From the NCBI GenBank assembly GCA_030704615.1, contig CM060732.1, positions 81,406,001 through 81,470,000 of the forward strand: a stretch of 64,000 nt of DNA. Reading direction: 5' to 3'. A program made the position numbers and the translations under genes. This DNA comes from Takakia lepidozioides (Eukaryota; Plantae; Bryophyta). Below the pieces are notes generated by a model, which worked only from the letters and a program-made list of their open reading frames with translations, made no database searches and had not been told where the DNA came from. Shown piece by piece: positions 22,767 through 33,308 of this stretch (its first letter is position 1; each line of letters starts with the position of its first letter).

Positions 22767-25700
22767 TTAGCTCAGAGAAGGTCCAGACGTTCCAGAAGAC
22801 TCGGCCACACATTCCAATCGACCAGACACTGAGGAAAGATCATTTTTTGGATCAGGTTCTTCTTGGCCAAGGGCACGATTCAAACGCCGCAACCATATAT
22901 CATAATCAACTGGATATGGTGTCCCACAGAGTGTGTCGACATAGTCAGCAAATGCTTTCAAGATGGCAGAAACCTCCCCTAGCTGCTGCTGGATTGCTCT
23001 TCGGGCCCACACTCGATCCCTCCATCGCAATGCAGCTTCCATGCTATTGAATTCTGGAGTAGAGCCACCACACATGAAGTAGAGAAGATAGACGAGGCTC
23101 TCTGCATCTGAAGCTGGACAGAGCTTCCCCTCTTGGAGGGCTAATGTGGAAGAGAACTTGGGAGCAACAGCAGGACTATCTCTCTCCTCCAGTACAGCAC
23201 GTCCCCAGTCCGTCAACACATACATACAGATGTTATCAGCCCCTCGAACTCGAATGACATGCTCCGGGGTTATGTCCCCATGTTGGATCCCGGCTGACAC
23301 TGCACTTCGTAGGGCTGCCAAACAATCATGGCAACAGCGGAGAGCCTCTTCTGTGGACATCCAGCCTTCCCTCTCCATTGCTGATTCAACAGTCTCCCCT
23401 ACAGGAGAGGTGACCAGGACCGGTGTCCCACACCAGGGGTGGTCGCAACGCCCAGTAGGGCTCTGCTTTGTGCAGGGTCCTGGGTGCATGAGTCTTCCTG
23501 AAGCTATGATCTGTGGCAAAAACTTGCTGGAGATACCCCGTTGCTTCATGATATTCAGAACACGTGTCTGTCTCTGGACCTGGAAGATACAATACATACA
23601 TGAGTAGTAAATATTTGAGAGATTCACAAAGCAGAATTTCAATCCTCCTTGCAACATACCTTGTCTGCAAACACCTATCATATCACATACTTCCACTTTT
23701 CCTTCAGAAATCTGGCGGAAAAGGCCATGACCTCCTGTTCTGAGTCTTCAGTAATGCCCCACCTTATCATTGACCCATCAAAAAGGAGGGAAAGGAGAGT
23801 GGGACAAAATAAAAAGAGAGATCCACCAACCTGGTACCACATGCTCATATCCTCCCATGAGGGCTCCAGCTGTGAGGGGTGCGCTCCAACATACACAGTA
23901 AGAAGTTTCCCCATTTCATCGAGAGATGCAGCACTATACACTGATCGCCATCTGCTGCCCACTTGCTCATGAATCTGAAAACCCCGCTGCCAATGTGCAT
24001 CTTCCAACCATAAAATTGTGCCAGGTTCAAGCTTCATGATGTAATCAGGGGTACCTTGACCACTCTCAAGCTTTGTCTCCTACCATAGCACCATAAAAAA
24101 GGGAACACGTCAATCTCTGTGGCTCCCAATCCATCACAATCAATCCCAAAAACACCCACGCATGACACTCCTTTACCACCAAATATCGCCAGAAAATTTG
24201 GACCCAGTTTCCAAATCAAGGTAATTAATACGTGAGCACACCACATACAGAGAAACGCTGGAAGAGAGAGATACTCATTGGCCATTCCCTGTGGAGTTTG
24301 ACTACTACATATGGCTATTGCCAGTTGCCACCTACATGTAGAGAAACTGCAGAGAAGGTAGACATTGGCTAACCTCCTCTTCTTCCTCAATCTCATTGGT
24401 CTTGCGACGATTGCTGGGGCGATGGGGATGGCTATGGTAGGACAACATATTGCCATTCCCTTGCATTCGAAGATTTTTATGTTCCGTGCGCCTTTGTTGC
24501 AACCTTACATTGTGCTCTGCTGCCATCTTCACAAGTGGTCTCTTAGGTGGGCCCTGGCATTGCTCAATTGAATGAAAGATGGCCAAAAGTAGCTGCAGTG
24601 CACCTATATCCCCCCAGTTTGCACTGCCAAATTTATTCCACACTTGATCAACGTGAGAAACAGCAATTTCCGCATGCTCCCGAATCCACTGTGCAGCACT
24701 GGAGTATACCTCATCTGTGTTGGTCTCCAATTTACTTATGTCCCCTTTTAGCCTGACCACACCCCCCTGCTGTGAGTCCACAAACAATATGTATGTTGTA
24801 TCTGTATTCTGGTGTATCACACGATCACCGTCAGCCAACTGCCGCGATGAAAGCATCTGTAGACTATGGAAAAGAGCAGACCCTACAATTGCTAGGGCAG
24901 GGACAGTTCCCCCGCCTTGAGAAAGGGCCCCTCCCACATCATCCCTAACTTCCACGATTGCGGTAATATGTTCCCAGAGCACATGGGCTATGCCTCGACC
25001 ATCCTTAGCAATAAGGGCAGTGCCAAACTGTGTGCCCGCACTCCCCCTTGAGCTTGTTTCTTCCTGCTGTAGGTAACAACGTCGGGCATTTCAGTAACTA
25101 ATTATTTGACAACCCAACTTTCAGTATGTGGCCCACATTTGCAATACAGTAGCTGAACAACCTGATGGCATTGGCAAGTGAGGTACCATCAAAAAAACCT
25201 GACAAAGACCTTAACATGTGGGAAGAAAGAAGGGTATTCTCAAGTTTATTTCTGCAAAACATGTTTGATAAAGCTTCAAACTTTCCTACATGGTTAGACG
25301 TTTGGAAACCTCTGCAATTGCCCCACATTTTAACCAGGCCAGCCTGTTCATTTGAAAAATAAGTGCTTGCAATCACTATCTAGATCTTGGGTCAAGAAAT
25401 TCGTCACATTATATGCACAAAGATCAACAGAAGGAGTAGACCTGTAGCAGTAGCAACAAGGCAGTCAACACAGACAGTTTCTTTCAAGCACTCAGTTAGC
25501 ATACCAAATTGGATTTTGAAGCAGAACCCCATGGGGTCATTACAAAAAAGGGCATGGACTGAGGTTCGTCAGAGGCGGCCCAAAAGGTCTCCCACAGGCG
25601 TTCAGTTCCGACGTGTACAAAATCCTCAATCGCCAGATACCTGTCTGTTTCTGCTAAGCAAATTCAAAGAAATTGTGAACAAAAATTAGAAAGTAGAGGA

Positions 25701-28347
25701 CAACACTTGCAAATGACTGTGCTACCTTGTTGCAGAGATTAACAATATGACTAAGAGGGAGAGCTCTTCTGCCCCTTTCCAAAATACTTGTGGACCACCG
25801 CAGAGCATTTTGCTGATCAAAGGATTCACCAGATTAAACTCACCAGATGGGGATGTGGAGGACTCAACAGGTGGCATTCGTAGTAGCTGTTGGAAAGGAA
25901 CCCCTTCGAGTGCAAAGTCCAGGAGTCGGAGTTCATCCCAATGAAATGGAAGTTTGAATTTTGATTTCCCTGATGGCAGATTCTGCAGGTTGCTCTGTAA
26001 CCATTCCTGGATCTCAGCTATGAAGGTGTTGCAGTTCACAAAATGACGAGAGAAGTCCTTCAGTCCCTCTGCAGCATTGCTTTCATGGTTTGAGTATTCG
26101 AAAGTCACTCAAACAGAAGTGAGAGATGCACCCATGATCTTTCTTACCCGTGGTCACGGACCCCAAGCCTAGGGGTGGTGGGAGCTAGGGAGAGATAAAC
26201 GTCCCCATGCAATGAAGCAAGGCTTGCTCCAGTAGGACTTACCTTCAAACATTATGTTGATTCTGGATTTCCACATTTCAGGAAGGAACCGTATGATGTG
26301 AGCATCCACTCCAGCAGGAGTGGCCACAACTTTTTGGCATCATCTCACTATTCTCAAGTTCAGTAAAATAAGGTGCAGAGACACATTATGATACTAGCAG
26401 AAAGGGCCTCTTTCAGGAGAAAAAATGCTTCAAGCAAATGTTTTTTAAGCCTTGCCATCATGCCCACAAATCAGACATATGGGTTCCCTTTTTACAGCAC
26501 AGCGAATGTACTGTATAGAGGGTAGTCTCACTTCTTCATCAACACATTGGCTCCTTCAGAGTTGCATCACACTTTCTGTGGCGTCACTAATCTCAGCCTC
26601 AATTCCTTCACCAACTTCTCTAGACAAAAGAGATCAAAATAATCTGTTAACAAGCAACAGCTGAAACTGACATAAGTCTGCCCCACGTGGTTCAAACATA
26701 GTAGGAAACAAAATGGGCAATCATGTCAACAAACTGTCTTTCTATTTGTTGTTTGGTCACTTACTGTAATAATTTTTCTCTGCATATCTGCCCATTTAGT
26801 CAGTTACAAGCCAGGCAGTGAAAACTAGTATTGGTAGATCCTGAAATGACCATGAAGATTGCCCATGGAAACAGCCTTCTCAGTCCCTCCACACACCATT
26901 CTGAGAAGAATAGAGAAATTAGTACCAACCTAAAGCAACCTTCCGGAAACTCCCTCCTCCCTTCTCCCTTCTTTTCTCTTCAGACTTGGATGTAGATGCT
27001 TCCCCAGACTTCGAAGACCCTCCTGCATACAACCAAATAGGCCATCATTGTACTCAGAAGACATTCATGGATTTTCAGACCTTCCAACCTCACTTCAACA
27101 GAGAGAACCTATAGAAGCAAGACTCTGACAGGAATCAGTTCCCAGATACGCCAACAGAAGTTTGAATTGGATCCAATTGAAAGACAATCAAATCAAAATG
27201 AAAGAAGATGACATGAAAAAGACAGCCATAATCACGAAGAGAGGATTGTTTGAGGGCGAAGCGAGATACCATTCCCTGGATCTCCTCAGAAGGACATTTT
27301 GTTTGCAGGAGCTGAATTTCATAGAGGAAGCCAAGAGTACAGGACTGGTGCTGTTGGCACCAACCCAATTGAAAGACAATCAGGGTGAAGCCTCAAGAGA
27401 TCTGGATACCATTCCCTGGATCTCCCAGAAGGACTACTTGTTTCAAAGAGCTGAATATGATAGAGGATGCTAAGAGTACAGGACCAAAAAGAGCCAAACT
27501 TGCCAGTTTCCTTCAGCCTGTTGGGGGACATAGAAGGGAACCCCTCTCAAGAGATGGAAGATCTTCAACCCCGGACAAACTTGACAGTTTGATAGGCTGG
27601 TGTATGAATATTGCTCAAGAACAGATAATTGCGCCAAGACATGGGAGAAACGAAGTCTACTTTGATAAAATGTGACGTGTAAACTCTGACTCAAGTGTGG
27701 AAAGACTGGTAGCGATATTCAACATAGTGGAAATAGCAGAAACCATCCAGGTCTATTTAATTCTACATTTCAGGGCACTGCCGTCCTCGATGAGTTTGTC
27801 TGCTAGATTTCGCACATCCTTAACGGCAACTATTTGCAGTCATGGCGAAGAAGCAGAGCAGTTTCGCCGAGGTGAAGGAGAGTCAAATAGACTGTCTTCT
27901 AGAAGCACATCTCCATTGGACTTGGGAAAGGTTGTCAGGATGTGAATCGCGTCATAGCCCCAGTACTATTTTAGAAAATGATCCAGTTTTACTGAAAGAA
28001 ACGACACCTGATTGAGAAAAGTACTTCCAGGACCCGGGTAGGGAGCGGGATCGCTTTTCCCTCGGATCTCTTACAGTTAGAATGAATGGGATTGCATCTG
28101 AAGACTGTATGATAGAGAGGAAAGAGCCTCCCACGTTGAATCTAATTTCACCACATTCTTGCCTAGCCAGCTGATCTGATCGCCTTCGGTATGAAGTGGG
28201 CATCAACAGGTGAGGATCACTTTCAGCTTCGTGTAAAATGTCATTCACTGATACACAGAGGTACACACATGTGAAGGGGAAATACTGGAAGAGAAGGTAA
28301 CTCAGTCAGCTTAGACAGCGTGACAAGGGGAGCTTACCAGATCTCAT
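22767..28347 (-). CDS. Plant protein-kinase-like superfamily protein (At2g40980-type from memory), 7 exons, ~743 aa
   Basis: Exons 28347-28338 (MRS, tentative), 27022-26930, 26068-25844, 25653-25505, 25066-24374, 24079-23831, 23579-22767. Conserved blocks LDFALEGVPFQQLLRMP, FGSANWGDIGALQ, VYVGAHPSQLEPSWEDMSMWYQVQRQT, RCDHPWCGTPVLVT, IQHGDITPEH, LTDWG, CPASDAESLVY. Confidence 0.85.
27173..27484. repeat. Degenerate direct repeat in intron 1 of the kinase-like gene
   Basis: gataccattccctggatctc..agagtacaggac occurs at 27265-27345 and 27405-27484. ccaattgaaagacaatca occurs at ~27172 and ~27365. Confidence 0.8.
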
Positions 28348-30152
28348 AATGATGTCCTGTGACACTCAATCCCACATCAAAACTCAGGCCTGGAAATTGA
28401 GCTTGTCCATGCATTTCCCAGCCTGCTTTTCTGCAGAACCGTCCCACACCTCCAATCACAACACTAACGCCTATCTCCACTCCCCGATTCCGCTCTAAGC
28501 TCGTTCATGCTTTCAAATGGGTGATCGGCCTTCCAGCCCCTACATGTCTGCCAGCGATGATTGCACCCGAACCCCTCGGCCTCCATCTATCTCCCTCTCT
28601 CGCACATCACCCACCTCTAGATTGTAATAGCTAGGTGGCCCGGCTGATAAGCATCAAACAGACTGACCAAGCTGAGGTATTTTTGCAAGCGTGTCCTTGA
28701 ATCCCCCTTGTGCGTGTTGGGTGTTGGGCAACGGTGCTCACTTTCCGAGGGTACATATAATACTACCTACTGTGAGATCACACTGCAGACACAAAGTCAT
28801 ACAGCTGTTAATGGGCCGCCAAAGCCATCAAGTATTGAATGGCATTATCACTGGAGGGTACTTGTAGAAAGGCACTGCTGTTGCCACCCAAAGTATATTT
28901 CATGTTCTCAGGAAATTTCCTCAGTAAAGCCTATACTAAAAGTCACTCCTGAGAGCCTGACACTGCCTCCAAATGGGGTCACCGACGAAATATTCCTGGA
29001 AGTCTGGCTTCTCCGATTGTCAGAACGAGCTCCAAACTTGTGCACTGCAAATAATGGCACTTGTACACGTCTCCAACTCTGGTCTGACACCCTAAAACAC
29101 CTTTCACTACGTCTGCCATCATTTGATCCTCATACTGATGATGCTTCCCACTTTTAACTCCCAAGTATGAAAGCTTGCAACTTAAAACATCAAATACAAT
29201 CCCGGGCTGCTGATATGGCGGCCGAAAAGTCCAAGGAAGCACACCTAGCCGACCTTCGAAGCGCGAGAGCCCAGTACTCTGCGCAACTGGAGGTTGCACA
29301 TGCTAGTGGCATCAAGCACAGGTCAACCGCTCCGGATGTTTTGCTTCATCGCAAAGCTTGCTAAACCGTGTGAGATGCGCCCCACGATGAATGAGGTGTG
29401 TGTGGCTTGGGAGTTTAATATGAGACGTATTTTTAGAATCAACCTTCCCACGTTCTCTGATCAGATGCTCATTTTCTTGTGCAGGATGAGGATCCATGCT
29501 CACATGCTTGGCATTGGTACAATCGCCTATGGCAGGATTTTTCTATCACCTTGCAGATACATGCTCGAGGTTAGTGGACATTGAAGCACATCGCAGGGTG
29601 GGTGCTGACAAATTTTATACTTTGGCTGCCCTTTCAGCAGGATTTTGTTCTTACAGCAGATGGTGCGTTATTATTGGAGTGATTTCCATGTTTGAGGAAT
29701 CTTTCCAACAAATGATAGTTAAAAAATGCAGGAAACTGCTGGGGTTGGGAATTGTTTCTTAAAGTGCATGCAAGTATACCCAGTCGGTTACAAAACATTC
29801 ATGGTACATTCAGACTTTATTATCTTTGAAGTTTGCTGAGATTGTTCTCAACTTCATTATTCGTTTCGATTCTTAGACCGATCTGTACAGTGACCTTAGT
29901 ACTGGATCAGCAGCTTGAAGGTTTGCTGGGAAGAAAGTGGCTGTACAGCGGCACTTCCAGAACCTGTTACTCTAATGAGCTGCAATTCCATAGTCAGAAC
30001 TTTACACATTCCAATTGAAGTGTGCGAATACCGAAGGCACAAGAAGCTCACCTCTTTCTGAGGTGTTCCCTACGTAAGGCGGTGCAGACGACAACGAAAC
30101 CATTGCAGGAAAATTATTAAATAGCTTTCCCATATAGAGAGAATAACATTTA

Positions 30153-30241
30153 GGGCTCATCTCAAGAAATTCAACCATTGTATTCGTGTGCTTCATTGGG
30201 GTCTCCCCTCAGAAGCGCGGATACTTTTGTAATCATAGCCC
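30153..30241 (-). ncRNA. Box C/D snoRNA, U36a/snR47-like dual guide for 25S rRNA
   Basis: Terminal stem gggc/gccc, box C ATGATTA, box D' CTGA, box D ATGA. The D guide tggttgaatttctt is antisense to 25S AAGAAAUUCAACCA. The D' guide tatccgcgctt is antisense (one G-U pair) to the adjacent 25S AAGCGCGGGUA. Confidence 0.82.
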
Positions 30242-30332
30242 AAATGAGCAGTGTCCACAAAGACACAACCCTAAGAAAATTGCAAAAACAATTTCATTAC
30301 CATCAGATCTATTAATACTACGGACATTATTT

Positions 30333-30462
30333 CCAGAGTCTTCAGATATCCAAGGAAGATTGTTGCAGCATCAATTCTCAAGCCCGGCAGGGCGAAAACT
30401 CTTAGGCGGCCACTGCGAATGTTTGAGAAACAAGCCTAGTAGTATATCATCATCGACTCTGG
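30333..30462 (-). ncRNA. U14: U14 box C/D snoRNA
   Basis: Perfect 8-bp terminal stem ccagagtc/gactctgg, box C ATGATGA (30453-30447), domain A CATTCGCAGT, plant-type internal ggccgcctaagag..gcttgaga, domain B TTCCTTGGAT, box D CTGA (30345-30342). Confidence 0.96.
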
Positions 30463-30573
30463 AGAGTGTACAAAACCAACCCAATGAATACAAACTATAA
30501 TTTTGGGTTTACGATTCACAAGAGTAAGTGTAACAAAGTCGAAAGATGTAGAACCGACTTTATAAGCACTACA

Positions 30574-30677
30574 GGTCGCTCAGGTCAGCGGGGGATCATC
30601 ATTTGAGATGTGACAGTATCACAAAACAAAATCAAGTCTGTTGAGCTTGATCTTAATATTATCTCGTCATTGCGACC
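30574..30677 (-). ncRNA. Box C/D snoRNA, dual 25S guide (snoR29-like)
   Basis: Stem ggtcgc/gcgacc, box C ATGACGA, D' TTGA, C' ATGATGA, D CTGA. Guides tcaagctcaacag (anti 25S CUGUUGAGCUUGA) and ccccgctga (anti 25S UCAGCGGGG). The +5 rule predicts two G residues 18 nt apart. The family name is from memory. Confidence 0.85.
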
Positions 30678-30717
30678 AGGAATGCTCCACGGAAAGCGAT
30701 ACATGTACAAACCAAAA

Positions 30718-30797
30718 AGCTCAGTCGTAACCAGTTTGTCTATCACGCAAACATCAGAAGCAGAACTGGCATTAGACTGGTGTAGATCATCATCGCC
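30718..30797 (-). ncRNA. Box C/D snoRNA, U38/snR61-like
   Basis: Box C ATGATGA (30793-30787), D' CTGA (30757-30754) preceded by the 13-nt guide gccagttctgctt, antisense to 25S AAGCAGAACUGGC. The +5 rule gives the A equivalent to yeast Am1133. Box D CTGA at 30724-30721. Confidence 0.85.
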
Positions 30798-30920
30798 ATT
30801 ACTAACGAATGTTCAATGGGCTGTTGCAAATAAACCAACAGCAATCAGATGTGCTCTATAACACGGAACACGTTTACGATAAAACCATAGAAAATCACAG
30901 AAGGAAAGGCAGACATCAAG

Positions 30921-31055
30921 AAATATGGGGCCAATGAATGATTATTAGATCAGACATGACCGTCTGTCCAATTGCCCATTCGCCCATCTTTCTTGCACAT
31001 CCCTCATTCAACGTTCCGTGGAAGGAATACCACGGTGCTGTACACACGGGACTGC
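30921..31055 (-). ncRNA. Candidate box H/ACA snoRNA
   Basis: 135 nt with two hairpins containing internal loops (gcagtccc..ccgtgg/ccacgg..gggatgtgc; gggcgaatg..cagac/gtctg..cattggccc), a purine-rich hinge aagaaaga that is not a perfect ANANNA, and a 3' ATA+ttt. It lies inside the snoRNA cluster. Confidence 0.45.
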
Positions 31056-31176
31056 ATGGCACAAACAGCCGTCCTAACACTGCTGCCCTCAAAGACAACA
31101 AGACAACGCCGAGCAAAGCAGATAGGAACCATCCTCCGATGATCCTTCAATGCAGAGATACAACACCAAGGCTAAA

Positions 31177-31272
31177 GGAAGGATCAGACGTACTGGCTTG
31201 GCTCTTTCGAGCTCGTTTAGCAAGATTGGAATCAGATTCGATCATTTGGGGAAAATGTCATCCCTTCCTTCC
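31177..31272 (-). ncRNA. Candidate box C/D snoRNA (target unclear)
   Basis: 7-bp terminal stem ggaagga/tccttcc, variant box C GGGATGA, internal CTGA, terminal box D CTGA (31187-31184). Same strand as the neighbouring snoRNAs. Confidence 0.55.
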
Positions 31273-31639
31273 TTCGAATACCAGTGAGACCTCACAAGAT
31301 TTTTATTATTTTTTTAAACCAGAACAAAGCAGCCCAAAGAAACGGAAAATCGCCGACACTTCATAGAAGACGGCCCGGGCCAGCGTAAGGGTTGAGACAG
31401 ATGTTCCAAGAGCTCCCAACGCACCAACTGGTCCAAACCGTCTCCTCCAGAAGACAGGCTTCGGATAGTAAACAGAAAATACGAAACAAAGAAAGAACGA
31501 GACCACTAGCCACAGGGAAGCGCATAGAGAAAAAACAGAGAAAGGAGGCGCTTCATGAAAACAATCGGAAGAACGACCGCTACACAACAATCCACATTCA
31601 ACTGCTCAGCAATTCTTCGGAGCCTGAGGATGCATCGCT

Positions 31640-31830
31640 ATATATACCTCACAAGCACGATGCGCTCCAGCAAAAAGTCGGCCGCCGCCATCGCGAGAGC
31701 TCTGCGATCTGCGGCGACCACTCACCCTGCCCTAACCCTAAACAACCTTCTGGTCACATGGGTACCACCCATGTGGATTCGATCTCACGATCACCTCGAG
31801 AACGAAGCCTCTTGTCTAAATAGGCTGACG
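31640..31830 (-). promoter_or_regulatory. Putative promoter/first exon of the snoRNA-cluster transcript, with telo-box-like motif
   Basis: GC-rich segment upstream of the cluster with ccctaaccctaaa (31730-31742), a TATTTAG-like element at ~31816-31822 on the minus strand, and a possible donor gtgag|gtatat at 31648/31647. Telo-boxes are known in plant snoRNA and ribosome-biogenesis promoters. Confidence 0.4.
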
Positions 31831-32466
31831 AAAACATACTTGAGTTATATTAATTCACGATAGTAACGGGCGGTAAGTTATGCCGGCGTCTTTTCAGGAA
31901 AACAATTTCACAGTTTATTTCATACTGAATAATCGTATTTCTGTATTTTCACATATCCTGCGGCCCGACAGGCCACATCCACGGAAAAGGCATCTCTCGA
32001 GAACGATTCTAGAGCATCAGAGAATCCGGCTTAAATATGCTTGCCAAGGCTCTGCGGACTGGTAGAGATTTGGATTTTTGTGTTGGGCTCTTCTGTCATC
32101 TTGCTGATCATTCTTGCAAGGGCCCACTTCATCATGCCACGAATGCCATTCATGCAACAGTCCTGCTTTAATGTTAGGCCTCTAGAGTATGAAATTTCTA
32201 ACAGATAGCCAGGTATCACATATAACCTGACAGCAAGGAGAATTTTCATAAATTATCAGTTACAAGAGGCACAGTAAACCAGGTCCTGCCAATGAAAGAT
32301 AACATTTAATCATTGAGTAGGTTGAAAATATGAAAGATTGTCGGTTTGTAAAATGTTGGTTATGCCTAGCTAAAATCACTTCCTTCTAGATTGCTAAACA
32401 CTTCACGAAACAAGCACTAGTATCGGTGTTTGGCTGCGCAAGATATAAATGTAAAATGTCAATGGC

Positions 32467-32578
32467 AGCTTGAACCTCATGAATGGATGAATGGATGATG
32501 GATGGATGCTCAGCTTGAACCTCATAAATGGATGAATGGATGCTCTATTTCAGATGAGCATGAATGGATGCTCTATTT
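32467..32578. repeat. Short degenerate tandem repeat (agcttgaacctcat..gaatggatg)
   Basis: Units repeated at ~32467, ~32512 and ~32560. Absent from duplication unit B. Confidence 0.75.
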
Positions 32579-33308
32579 TAGGGACGTCTCTCTATGGAAT
32601 CTAACTACTATATGAGTTAACACTATGAAGAGTAGGATAAACTAACAATTAATCACTTAACACTCTTGACATGGTTTCTAGTGTATTTTTTTGCAGAATA
32701 TCAAAACCGTAACATTTAGAGTGAAATAACACATAAGTATGTAACAATAAGGCAAGGTCGACTGTATGAGTTATGTAGCTAGAGAATATATTCTCTCGAA
32801 TAAGAGACTAGATCAAGTCAAAGAGCATATTGGAAAAGGGAGTTTGATGGAATTTTGAATATTCAGCTCTTATGCTTCAGCGGCAAACATCATGATTCAT
32901 GCCATGTGCAGCTGAATTGCTTGTAAGGTGGCCATGGGGGCTATACATGAACTATCTAGAGAATATTCATCTCTTGTGCTTGAGCGTCGAACATCATGAT
33001 TCATGTCCATGTTAAAGAATTTTGGCGGTGGCCAAGCTGCGAATCTTTAATCCGACCGGAGTTATCTGCATAGCTTATTGCAACTCGAGCACTAGAGCTT
33101 TAAATACATGTCTCATAGATGTATGAAATCCTAAAGCTCATTTGCATTCATTGTCACCATCTTTATAATTCAATCTCAATTTGCCCCTCGGCCTTGTTTT
33201 TCGGCGTGACCTGCTCAACATCTCTCTCTCTTTCTCTCTTACAAATTTTCGATCAACATTCTAGGTGCCTTTGCGTTCTTTACAATTGGTACCCGTTGTC
33301 TTACCTCA

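Noticed and set aside
29895-30050. Further H/ACA-like double hairpin with AGAGTA hinge downstream of the U36a-like snoRNA
   Set aside because: No ACA or ATA box follows the second hairpin.
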